DNA from: Eukaryota sp. TZLM1-RC
Lineage: Eukaryota; Protista; Metamonada: BaSk clade
Assembly: GCA_040285825.1 (NCBI GenBank)
Contig: JAUPSS010000007.1
Coordinates: 2,392,689-2,456,688 of the forward strand
Direction: 5' to 3'
DNA: 64,000 bases
In this document: in pieces, positions 13,330 through 24,046 of the stretch
Layout of the letters: each line of letters opens with the position of its first letter
Position numbering within the stretch: position 1 is the first letter of the stretch
Made by a program: the position numbers and the translations under genes
The notes under the pieces: model-generated
What the model was told of the DNA's origin: nothing
Database searches by the model: none
The model's input: only the letters and a program-made list of their open reading frames with translations

Positions 13330-15235
13330 TTACATCATGACAGACGACTTGTCAACAAGATAAGGTCATAAGTAAAGGGAAAAGGAGTTTTATCCAAATT
13401 CCAATCTTTATGAATTCATTGAATGGCCAAGATTTTCCTACTATTACTAGAACAGAAGTAGAACAAATTCAAATGTTACTTAATAAAATTTCTGCCACTG
13501 AACACATCATTAAACTCTATGAGGAGGAAGACCTGTTTCATATAATGAGGACTTGTATAATAATATTAATAATAATTATAAGAAGTTAATGGTAAATGCT
13601 GGTGGTATTTCTCTTTTTCCCACTAGTTATTGTTTTAGAATGTCAGCCTCCATCGAAAGACTATTAAAATTCTAGAAGCCAATATTGAAATGAGGAATGT
13701 TCATTATGTTGAGAAATTTATTGATCTATCTTTTCAGAAAATGGTAGTTGAAGCAGAGATGAACCAACAAAAGTCTTTTTTGTTGGAGTTTACGTCAAGT
13801 CAAGAATCTATTTTTTTCAAACTAATCGTGAAAATCTTCTCACAACTGATGATCAGATTGATAATTTCATTAACCTTTCTGATGATGAAATCTTGAACGA
13901 AGACAATGAAAAATGTTTGAATCAAACAGCAAAAACTGTTATTTCAGACAGTACTCATTACGGAATTGGTAAGTTATTGAAAGATGAATGTAGTAAAAAA
14001 TTAAAGACATGAGGACAAGGCTATTGAAGTCAAATCATCACTTCCCACTGTGCATATCATCCACAATCTTTTATCAATTCAGCTATCAAAATTAATAATT
14101 TTATAGAAAAAGCCGTGGGGAAAACATTTAATACCATTCCAATTGTACGTCATGAAATTCCTGGATTTTTGAAGTTGTTAGTTTCAAGTTTAAGTTCTAT
14201 TTTTACAAATGATGAACTTACAGAGAAAAAAACATAATTCGGAGTGGAATTCAATAGCTGACATTCAACATATGAGTTTAGAAGAACAAAATTCATTTTG
14301 TCCTATTTGTTTGTATAAAAAATGGTTATTTACTAAAAAGGGGTACAAATAGATCAACATCATTAAAATTGAAGGTTTTGCAGCCTGTATTGAGCTTGCA
14401 AGAGGATGATTGTATTGGCATGCTTTTCAAACCTGATAGTGCAAAGTTTGCAACCCCCAGGAACTATTTGGATGATTTGGGCGTTGAATTTCTAACATCA
14501 AAACACAAAGTTAAACCCTGGTAAAAATGATTTACATTATTTTTGCAGTCAAAAAGAACTCAAACTAAATACAAAAAACAAACTAAAAAGAGCTAAACAA
14601 TATGAGTGGCTGAGATTGACAGAATTGGAGTGATCAAGGGTATCGAGAGTTCACCAAAAAATCAAAAAATTGAAAAGGAAAGAGTTTATTTTGCAAAATG
14701 AAATCACAGTGGAAGAAACAGAAGCTTCAATATCAAAAGAATCATCAAAATCTTCCATTTATAATAATTTCTATTCTTATGTTGCTTCCAAGCTGACAAA
14801 CATGACATTTACATTTGATTACTATTTTTTGAATGATATGGCGCATTCAAAAAATGCAAAGATATGTCCATCATCAGAAAACAGAGGCTAAGTTATTAAA
14901 AAGAATGACTGAAAAGCAATGGAAGCAAGAAGACACTATCCTAATGTTTGGTGACAATGGCAATAAGACAAAGAATTTAAAGCATCATCGATCAAGTAGA
15001 GGAATTGGATTGAGAAATTTCTTTAAGAGAAATGGTTATACAGTATGTTTAGTTGATGAGAGAAACACATCTTCAAAGTGTCCAACTTGTAATAACCCAG
15101 TAAATGTATTTCTTGATGTTGAGAATCCTAGACAATGGATGAGAAGGAAGTGCCCTACTGAGAGATGTCATGCTTTGTAAAGATGTCGATCTGATGTTTG
15201 TAGAGAAGAATGTGACGGACAGGATAAGATATGGG
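13330..15235 (+). pseudogene. Degenerate Fanzor1-like gene, truncated just before the RuvC-III NRD motif
   Basis: Fragments across frames: NPGKNDLHYF (RuvC-I equivalent, ~14515), EWLRLT, LMFGDNG, RGIGLRNFFKRNGYTVCLVDERNTSSKCPTC, NPRQW, CHAL, RCRSDVC..KIW. Clearly homologous to the minus-strand Fanzor beside it. Confidence 0.85.
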
Positions 15236-15284
15236 AAATTCCCATAAATACACGATCAATTTTCGTGTGGAATAATTACAAAAA

Positions 15285-17275
15285 CTATCTACTACACAGA
15301 TATTGAGGCCTTTCATTACCACTCATTCTGGCTTCGGCAATTGCAAACATATTCAGACAAGCCAGCTTATTTCTATTGAAAAGCTTTGTTGAGCCTTTGT
15401 TACTGAGTTTGCAACTTTGACTGTTACAAGCTAATAAACCATGACATGTAGTAACTGGAGTCTTTTCTCTTCTATACACTCTGGGATTTGTTACTCTCAA
15501 AAACGTAGCAACCTTTTCAAAACAAACAGGACATTTTGCTGAAGTGAAAGCTTCATTAATCATCAATACTTCAAATCCATTTCTCTTCAGAAATTGAATC
15601 CATCCAATGCCTCGAGTAGGTCTCTGATGTTTCAAATTCTTGGAACCTTTTTTACCATAATCACCCATTAGTATTAAAGTGTCTTTCGGGTTGCCAAACT
15701 GCTGAACAAGGCTTTTTAACAACCAACTTTCAGTCTTTTGCTTGTGAATAAAAGCTTGCATTTTATGAATGCTCCACAAGTCAAGACTGTAAAAGTCAAT
15801 TGTCAAAAAACTTGCCGAAGTTTGGCAACCACAAAGTTGGAAAAATCTATAAAAGTTGCTGAATTGGCAGCAAACGCGGATAATTCGGTGTTTGCATCTT
15901 CAATTGTCATTTCGTTAGACTCTATCATTTGGTTTCTGTCGTAATCTACCTCAGTATACTTTATCGCCCATCGTTTTTGCTTTTCATTCATCTTACTTTT
16001 CAAAGACCAGGACATGTGAGTCATTCTCAACCATTTGTACTTCTTGTCTTGATTCATCACCCGACTATTTCTTTGCTGTTCAGTTTCATGTTCAGGCACC
16101 ATGGCTAATTCTTCATCATTCTTTTTACTCCCAAAGTATAATAAATCACGTTTTCCAGGATCACAAACAACAAGACGTTTGTCTTGAAAAGCATCAACAT
16201 CAACATCATCAATATATAAATCAGAAATACTGGCCTTGTTGTCTGGCTTACATTTCTGACCTTGTAAATCCCGACGAACAAATTCTACTGCAATATTAAA
16301 TCCATCTGTGTGGATAATGTTGTTGAATTTATAGCTCTTCTGTTTGAACATTGGTTGATTTAAATCGAGAATATTAGACCAAAAGTCAAATTGCTGAGGT
16401 GGTTTGAATCTATGAACTTGGGCTTGTGTATTGACCATTTTTAATCTCTGATCAGGCAACAAATCGTCCATCAATGTTTGTCTTATAATTGTCCATATTG
16501 TTCTTGTATCAATGGGAAAATATCCAGGACCTACAGTGGTTGAAACAGGAGAAATATGATATGGTTTTTTCTCTCTACTGGAAATATATTGGGCAATTAT
16601 AATTGCTGGTGTTAGGAATATTTGAGGATCTTTTTCAACAGCGTCTGCAAGAAAATGTATATCCACTGGAAATATGTTATCAACTAAATTCTCATCAGTG
16701 ACCAAATTCTCAATTTGGTAAGTAAAAGGCTCAATGAGACCTTCAAATATGTCTCTAAGTTCATTATTTCTTATATCATGTTGTTCACATAAAGCGAAAA
16801 ATTCATCATTCAGAAGGTCTGAAATATTTTCAGGATGATGAAACAAAGAACTCAAGCAATCTCTATCATCAACTAAAAACAAATTTTTGAATTGACGAAG
16901 CCTAAATCTATATAGTGAAATAATGGTAGATAATGGTGTTGAGTATCCACCCAGCTTGTGCATTTCCGATAACTCATTTTCCACATCTACTTTGTCAAAG
17001 TAAACATTAATAAATCGATTAATATGTTTTTCATAATTTAGTTTCAAATTATTCTCAAAATTGGCAAACATTACTGGGGCTATGTACTCAGGTGGTCTAC
17101 TGAATCCGTCAGTTGGAAATCGTGGAAAAAACTCAGCTCTATATCTCAGATGGTCTACATAACTCAATGTTTTGTTCAACTTTTGTTGTTCAAAGGTGTT
17201 CGATAATCTATAATCTCCTTCACCATAAACAAAGTTTTCAAAATCCTGTGGAAATGCACTTTTTGGTTTCACCAA
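15285..17275 (-). pseudogene. Fanzor1-like RNA-guided endonuclease, ~660 aa when joined; one frameshift at a T6 run (~15805), degraded 5' end, RuvC-III D->N
   Basis: IHTDG, RuvC-I VVCDPGKRDLLY, LILMGDYG, relocated catalytic Glu INEAFTSAKCPVC, CHGLLAC, LFNRNKLACLN and RPQYL. The two ORFs join if one T is added to GTTTTTTGA. Confidence 0.9.
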
Positions 17276-17319
17276 AAAGAATCATTGAATGAATGAATGA
17301 ATGTTTCACCAAAAAGAAT
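17266..17319. repeat. 17-bp direct duplication flanking a 20-nt CATT(GAAT)4 insert
   Basis: GTTTCACCAAAAAGAAT occurs at 17266-17282 and 17303-17319. Confidence 0.9.
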
Positions 17320-17623
17320 TCGAGACTTTGATGTTGTCTTTGTAGATTTTTTGGATATGGAATCGTAGCAAGTTAGCATGTATCAACATCAAGGCAATTG
17401 TAGATTATTTTGTAGAGGATAGTGGTGGTGATAGGCCTCCATATTTGTCTTAAGTTATAGCCTTTTACTACAGTAAATCTGTAGCATTTTTGGAACTTCC
17501 CAATAAAGAAGATTACAAGTTGCATCTTGCAATCAATTCGATTGACCATCATTCCAACGTTCGAGGTACGAGTTCCGTCATCCCAGACACTACTTTTCAC
17601 GGTCAAGTCTCTCACCATCCAAG

Positions 17624-20600
17624 ATGGACTCACTAAACACAGCAGATGATGCTCCTCCTACCCTCATCAACTTCATTGATTTTGTGAAGTCTACTTCCGT
17701 GAACACTTTTAAACATACCCATACATTGGTACTCATTGTACAGCTTCTACAGCTCATAGGTTTTGTTCTGCGTAGAACATCCTTCCATGCCATCTTTGAT
17801 CTTAGTCCGTTGATACGTTTTGCCAGCTTTGCTATTTTTGATGACTTTTTTCCAAACCTACGCACTGTGGTTCATGTCATCAGTATGCTCCTTTTTAGTA
17901 TTTTAGTGGCACTTCTCATAGCTTTATCATCTCTAGAGTCCTCAAAAGGCTATCACAAGCTTCTACGTGCCGTTACCAGGTTAATTTTCAACACCTTCAC
18001 CAGCACACTCTTCATACCTGTATTCTCTCTCTGGTTATCTTACGTTCCATGCGGAAGAACCTTTCAACCATCTAACGGCGTAACCTTTGATGAAGGTTTG
18101 TCTGATTGTTCTGCACCATGGTCATGGTTTACTAGAATCTCTGCTTTAGTTGCCTGCCTTGTTCTGTGTGCCTTCGCGCTGATCAAAGCATGGACTGATT
18201 CCTATGATGTTCCCAATTTCCGTAATCCTTATGCATTGTCCGTTAACAAGCCAAGATTGATGTGTTGTTGTTCTACAATTGTTTTCGTTTCTATTTTTTT
18301 CCTTTTCCATGCCCGCTACTGGCTCTTCAGATTCACTTATCTCGCAGCTTCTGTCACTTCTTACCTCCTCTTTCTCTATCATCTCCCTTACTTCTCTCGT
18401 AGAACCAACTGCACAGTAGCCATTGGTCTGGGTATTTGGATTGGGACTGGCGTTGCTTTTTTCATTCAGTCCGTTATTCTTGTATTTACCTCTACAAATG
18501 TTATTATGGATTCTTTGTTGATTTATATTTTTATGGTGGTTTTTTCTTTTATTTGTATTTATTTAATTAGAATTCGGTATATCAAATTGGAAACAGCCTT
18601 GGTCGAAATCCGCAGTGTTTTCCTCTCTCGTGGTCTTTTGGACTCGGATAATGACATTGTTGACTCTCAATCAAATCATGATGACGTTTTTAATGATGTT
18701 TTGATTGATTACCAATGGAACCCGTTCTCTATTGATATTTTTTCCAGAGTTTTACCTTTAAAATTCTCGTCCAGTGAATACTTTTCAACAATTAAGGTCT
18801 TATATCAACATTCAAATTGCTTATTTCCTAATTCATTTGAATTCATTTGTTTAAAATTAAATTTCGAAATTTCATTCTTAAAAGATTCCGTACTTGCATC
18901 ATGTACACTCAATTCCATTAAAGATTTCGATTTTGACTTGTCAATTTTCCGACAATATCTTGTTTTTAATTTTCGTAAACAATTAGAAACCCTCAGACGA
19001 CAGCAGTCAACTGGGCAAAGTGTTGATTCTTCTTCTTTTCTCCAACTACAACGCCAACAAAAGCAAATCGCCTCGCTCCATAGGGATTGTTTAGAAGCTT
19101 TATATGCTTTTTGGAGCAGTTTGTCTTCAAATAAGGTCGATCTGAACGTTTTACCTCCTCTTATGGAGGTGATTCATTCCACAAAGATTCATTTGAATAA
19201 TCTATTTCAAAAAGTTATTCACAATTCTACCTCTGCTGATCATCAATCATTGCTACTATCATATTCTACATATGTAAGGGAAATAGAATGTGACGTTGAA
19301 AGAGCTGCCCTGATTGAGGAGCAAGCCCATTTGCTTTCCTCCAGTGAAAAGTCGTCTAGTCATGGAGGTACTTCTTTCTCTGGTTCTCTTTCACTGTCAA
19401 AGAGTAATAAAACTAAACGTAAGTCGAGATTAAGCTCATTTACTGATTCATTTGGAGCTTCGTCGACCAGGAAATCAGCAATCAAAAATCTTTCTTTTTC
19501 TATAGTTGTAGCTCTAGTAATTCTTGTTTTTGTTGCAATTATTTCTTTTTCTTTAACATTTGCTGTTTTTGATGTTGTTATTGATGATGTTGACCACAGT
19601 TATGAACTCAATCATATTTCTTACGTTTCTTCCTTGCTTGGTAATCTGGCAAACCGTATCTATATCAATCAAACTCAAGGGCATGACGTCATTAGTGGAG
19701 CTCACCAAATATTGAAACAATCAGAACATTTAAATTTTCACCTTCGAAGGTTAACCCTTCCTCACAGTGATTCATACAAGGGTTTGGTCTGCCCCAGAAG
19801 TGGCAACAGAGAAGTTAGTCCTCCCACTAGTGAAGTCCAAGCTCTTTTAAAAGAACCTCGGTTTCCAATAGTGTCAACATTGGACTTTGTTCCCCCAACC
19901 ACCGAAACTTCTGTGCTTTCTGCATTTACTTTGGGGCTACAACACTCTTTGACCGCGTCTCTCTTTGGGAAAGACATCATAGAAGGGGAAGTGGTAGTGC
20001 AAAAGAACGTGAATGGGGTTTTAAGCAGTCTTGATGGTAGTCACAATGTTGTTGATTTCATTGAAGATTTTTTTCTGGAGAATTCAAGAGATTTTTTTGA
20101 TTTAGCTTTTATTGTTCTTTTAATTCTTACTATTGTTGTTTTTCTCGTTGTTTTTGGTATTGGTTTCGTTCTTTTTGCTAGATCTTTCAAGAAAATTAAC
20201 CATGAACGGACTGCTATTCTTAATCTGTTTTTGTACATTCCAAAAGACCAAATTAATGGTATACTAGAAGATTCCAAATTTAAATTTAAAAGAAAGAAAT
20301 CTAAAAAAGTTCAACAAAGTTTTCAACATGGTCAGAGCGATTCAAACCACCAATTATCATTGGCTTCAATTAACGATGAACTTTCTGATTCTGAGTGTGA
20401 AACTCATTCTGAAAGTAACTCAAGAACATTACCAGTCTCTGTTGAAGACGAAGAGATAATTGAAGCAACTACCAACAAAGTACCACTATCACTTAATCTT
20501 AGGCTCTTCATGGCTAGTATCATTTTTACGGCCTTGGTGCTTTGTTTTATTACTTTAAACCTAAACAACTCAATCTTTGCAACAACTGAGTCAATTGCCC

Positions 20601-22852
20601 ACAATCAAGTCCTCGCTGTCAATGCTAGGAGCAATGCGGCTGACATCACCTCCATTGATAGAGCATTGAGTAGTGATGCTCAACTGTTTACTGTGTTTGG
20701 AGATGAACTTTATCTTAATAGATTCCTGAAAACGTTAAATTCTGGCGAACGACAACTTCTGGTCAATAGAATACTTTCTTTAGAATTAAATCCCACGGAA
20801 TTGGAACTTTTAGGTAGAGCTGGAACGATTAGAAACGAAATTTCTTATATAGAAGATATTGGTCTTTATCTGGCTATTTCTGTTTTTTCACCAAGTCCCA
20901 AATTAACGAGTAGATGGGTAGATTTCCAGTACAATATAGAAAATGAAACAAATCATCTTCAAAACAGGCTTGAATTTCCTAATGTTAAATGGTATTCATC
21001 TAGAACAAACGATCTCAACCTCGCTCCCTCCGATCGTCTTGACCTTGCCATGAATACCCTGACCAATGACAGGTGGCTGGATTTGTTCATGCAATTGATG
21101 GACCAAGTTGAAGGTACTGCTGACTCCATTGTTCAATCAAGAAGTAATTTGATTGATTCAATGTTTTATGAAGTTTCTGATTTAGTTAACTACACTGAAA
21201 TTACTCTCTATGGACTAGTCTTGTCTTTTGTAATTGTCTTTATCACTACGTTCTATTCACGAATGAATCTTGGTAAAGGCAAAGCTGTTTTAGTTTTCCT
21301 CGCACTGGGTGCTGTGGGTGCGATGGTTTATATTACTGTAAACTTCTACAGTTCGCCTATTTACGATACTAAATCTGTTCAGGCTACAGTTAATGAATTA
21401 ACTAAAATCACCACCGAATTAACAATTCCTATAGAGTTTGATTACAATTTCTTTAAGCGACGCGTACAACTGATTCCTTTTGGCAATACAGTCGAACATA
21501 TTGAGCTTGCCTTGGACCGCTATAACACAATGATAGAAGGACTGGAAAGGATTCAATCTCAAACTTTTTACACTTCAGAATCAATTATTCCATTGGGTAA
21601 GGCCTTGGATTCTATTGCTAATTCAATTTTACAATTGGTAGAATCAAGAACACAGTTTATCCTAATTGCTGCCAAACTAATTATTTGGGATCAAATTGAA
21701 ATGTTCCCTTGGTTGATGGACACTACTTGGAATGTGGAACTAATGACTCCACAACCTATCTTTGCCAATGGTTACACGCTCACCAATGACACGTTTGACT
21801 TGGCATTACCTTTTGAAGAAAGGGTTTCCTTATGCTTTGCAATAGTTTCGTCACGTTTCATCACAACTTTTTTTGATGATGTTCAAGACCTAATGACTCA
21901 ATTAAGGACTGTTGCTCTCAATGCTCTGCATCAAACATCTGAAAATTTCTTTTTAATGCAATCCGATTTCAATTCCATCATTAGTATGGCTGTTGGGGGC
22001 TTGGTAATTGTCTCTCTGTGTTATATCTTGTCTTATCTCTACATTGGCAGTAAGTCTCTTGAGCGCCAAGAGCATGTCAAACAAGAGGTTCATTATGCAG
22101 AAATCATTGCTTACACTAAGCAATATGCTTTCACCTTGGGAATATTGTTTCTTATTCTTCTCTCCTTCTACTCTGTCTCTTTGTTTTCATTCTCAACTCT
22201 CCGAGAATACCCTCCTTTGATGAGTTTGGTCGGAGAGCGGAGTTCTTTGGTTGCTCAATCTTTAAATTACTTGAATAATGCTTTTGTTTCTGAAGATCAA
22301 GAATCAATGTTCACAAGGGCCTACAACAGTGGCCATGAATTACTGGTTTTGCAAAACATAATAGTTGGTTCTGGATTGTATAGCCATTCTCAACAATCGG
22401 ATTTATCTTTCACTTCAAACTATCAAGATCTTGATAGGCGATTTGTTTATCAAGACAGTAATCACGGACTACACTCCTTGTTAATCAACTATGCTTCTCG
22501 CCTTCAACAGTTTACTGAGGGGTCTAACCGTTCAATTATGACTGCTGATTCTGATGAGTTCCGTCGACTAAATGATCTTGGCAATGTTCTTTTAGAGCTC
22601 TGTCTTGATGCGTTTGATGTATTGAGAGATCATGCCGCTGATCAAGTTTCTTTTTTCCTTAGAGTTGTAATAATTATCTTCATTGTTTCAGTCTTGGTAA
22701 TTTTGTCGTCCTATCTTATAGTATTTAGGAAAATGCTTGCTAATTTGTATAATTCTGAGAGAACTACCTATGAATTTTTGGACATGTTGCCTGATGACGC
22801 TCTTTCAGGTAACTCTGCTTGTATGAAGTTCGTCTCTGAAAATGGATATTAA
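17624..22852 (+). CDS. TmcB/TmcC-like large multipass membrane protein, paralogue of 5198..10541
   Basis: 1742-aa ORF with the same architecture and shared motifs: QLLQL, CLEALYAFWS, YSTYVRE, FARSFKKINHERTAILNLFLYIPK, LNSGER, FLDMLP. Confidence 0.85.
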   Translation: MDSLNTADDAPPTLINFIDFVKSTSVNTFKHTHTLVLIVQLLQLIGFVLRRTSFHAIFDLSPLIRFASFAIFDDFFPNLRTVVHVISMLLFSILVALLIALSSLESSKGYHKLLRAVTRLIFNTFTSTLFIPVFSLWLSYVPCGRTFQPSNGVTFDEGLSDCSAPWSWFTRISALVACLVLCAFALIKAWTDSYDVPNFRNPYALSVNKPRLMCCCSTIVFVSIFFLFHARYWLFRFTYLAASVTSYLLFLYHLPYFSRRTNCTVAIGLGIWIGTGVAFFIQSVILVFTSTNVIMDSLLIYIFMVVFSFICIYLIRIRYIKLETALVEIRSVFLSRGLLDSDNDIVDSQSNHDDVFNDVLIDYQWNPFSIDIFSRVLPLKFSSSEYFSTIKVLYQHSNCLFPNSFEFICLKLNFEISFLKDSVLASCTLNSIKDFDFDLSIFRQYLVFNFRKQLETLRRQQSTGQSVDSSSFLQLQRQQKQIASLHRDCLEALYAFWSSLSSNKVDLNVLPPLMEVIHSTKIHLNNLFQKVIHNSTSADHQSLLLSYSTYVREIECDVERAALIEEQAHLLSSSEKSSSHGGTSFSGSLSLSKSNKTKRKSRLSSFTDSFGASSTRKSAIKNLSFSIVVALVILVFVAIISFSLTFAVFDVVIDDVDHSYELNHISYVSSLLGNLANRIYINQTQGHDVISGAHQILKQSEHLNFHLRRLTLPHSDSYKGLVCPRSGNREVSPPTSEVQALLKEPRFPIVSTLDFVPPTTETSVLSAFTLGLQHSLTASLFGKDIIEGEVVVQKNVNGVLSSLDGSHNVVDFIEDFFLENSRDFFDLAFIVLLILTIVVFLVVFGIGFVLFARSFKKINHERTAILNLFLYIPKDQINGILEDSKFKFKRKKSKKVQQSFQHGQSDSNHQLSLASINDELSDSECETHSESNSRTLPVSVEDEEIIEATTNKVPLSLNLRLFMASIIFTALVLCFITLNLNNSIFATTESIAHNQVLAVNARSNAADITSIDRALSSDAQLFTVFGDELYLNRFLKTLNSGERQLLVNRILSLELNPTELELLGRAGTIRNEISYIEDIGLYLAISVFSPSPKLTSRWVDFQYNIENETNHLQNRLEFPNVKWYSSRTNDLNLAPSDRLDLAMNTLTNDRWLDLFMQLMDQVEGTADSIVQSRSNLIDSMFYEVSDLVNYTEITLYGLVLSFVIVFITTFYSRMNLGKGKAVLVFLALGAVGAMVYITVNFYSSPIYDTKSVQATVNELTKITTELTIPIEFDYNFFKRRVQLIPFGNTVEHIELALDRYNTMIEGLERIQSQTFYTSESIIPLGKALDSIANSILQLVESRTQFILIAAKLIIWDQIEMFPWLMDTTWNVELMTPQPIFANGYTLTNDTFDLALPFEERVSLCFAIVSSRFITTFFDDVQDLMTQLRTVALNALHQTSENFFLMQSDFNSIISMAVGGLVIVSLCYILSYLYIGSKSLERQEHVKQEVHYAEIIAYTKQYAFTLGILFLILLSFYSVSLFSFSTLREYPPLMSLVGERSSLVAQSLNYLNNAFVSEDQESMFTRAYNSGHELLVLQNIIVGSGLYSHSQQSDLSFTSNYQDLDRRFVYQDSNHGLHSLLINYASRLQQFTEGSNRSIMTADSDEFRRLNDLGNVLLELCLDAFDVLRDHAADQVSFFLRVVIIIFIVSVLVILSSYLIVFRKMLANLYNSERTTYEFLDMLPDDALSGNSACMKFVSENGY

Positions 22853-22959
22853 TTTAACAATGTAGTAATTTTTTTGGTCCTTTAGTTCTAGTCTTCTTGT
22901 ATAGTAATAAATTCTTCTTTTTTTGTTTTAATCTTTCCTGAGAGTGTGTTTTCTACAAT

Positions 22960-23460
22960 TCACATTTACCACTATCCATTATAAAGTGGTATTTTGGATA
23001 TCCAAAACTATCCAAAATCTTGATCTAATACTATCAACTAATAGATCACCTCATTGCTTTCATCAACTGAGAGAAGCAATGGCCAGAAAACCAAAAAATC
23101 TATTAGTTATGGCAAATTCAATGCATGACCCCCCACAAAAACATGAAATCTCTTCATAGTTTTTTTGAAACACTTTGTGATAGGAATTACACATAGCGTG
23201 GATTTGATCTCTGACAGCATCACGCATAGTGGAACGATAAGTAATAAATGCGGTGCAATTGAATAAATGTGATAATGTCAGTTGAGTTCTGGATTTACAT
23301 TTATGATCTTGGACAAATTGCACTAAGTATTCCTAAATATTGACTAATTGAAGAGAGCATTTATTCCATTTTTCTGTATCAATTGGTGAAGTTTTTTCAA
23401 TTAATGCAAAAATAGTGGGGCATTGGTACAGTAACCCCAGTAAATATTGTGAATAATGAC
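22960..23460 (-). mobile_element. RLE non-LTR retrotransposon remnant
   Basis: KCKSRTQLTLSHLFNCTAFITYRSTMRDAVRD Zn-finger region, plus RGDL remnants. Confidence 0.7.
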
Positions 23461-24046
23461 AACAAACAATTGCAAGTTGTCAGTTCTTATCAATGCATTC
23501 ATTATATTCATTGAACACAACCTACTGCTCCTTGAATTGCCTTAAACTTAATCAATTCAATGTTCAAAATTCAATTTTTTATTTGTTTGTAACTTAGTTA
23601 AAAGAACATTTCTTTTCTTGAATTATTTAACAATAATTCTATTTGAAATTCTTTTTTGAAATAACTTCCTCGTGATATTTTTTCTTCCATTGTTTTAAAG
23701 ATATAAGCTTCCACTAAATGTTTTCCTCTTTGTTGTGGAAATTGCTTTCAGATGTTGTTAAACATTATTTATTTGGACAAAAGTCACACTGTGGTTAAAG
23801 AGTGAGATGAATCAAATAATTGCTATCGTCTGACCTTCAAATCACATAAGAAGACAAAGTGTTTAGTCTCTTCCACTCACTTCAGGTAATTCTAAATAGC
23901 TGCAGAAGTTGACTAATCATCATTGCGCAAAAATGAATGTTGAAACAATGACCATTTAACAAATCAGATATTTGTGAATAGTGCAAATTAATTATATAAA
24001 TAAATATAAATAAATACAAAAGCGTGTTACAACAAAGATACACCAA

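Larger units (their letters stand above)
15232..17502 (-). mobile_element. Putative non-autonomous Fanzor-carrying element with imperfect ~17-bp terminal inverted repeats and possible ATA target duplication
   Basis: The ends read TGGGAAATTCCCATAAAT (from 15232) and, as reverse complement, TGGGAAGTTCCAAAAAT (17486-17502). ATA lies at 15229-15231 and 17503-17505. No transposase is encoded inside. Confidence 0.45.

Noticed and set aside
15285-17275. Bacterial IS200/IS605 TnpB contamination
   Set aside because: The long N-terminal region, relocated Glu and eukaryotic intron-containing neighbours fit Fanzor, and no tnpA is present.
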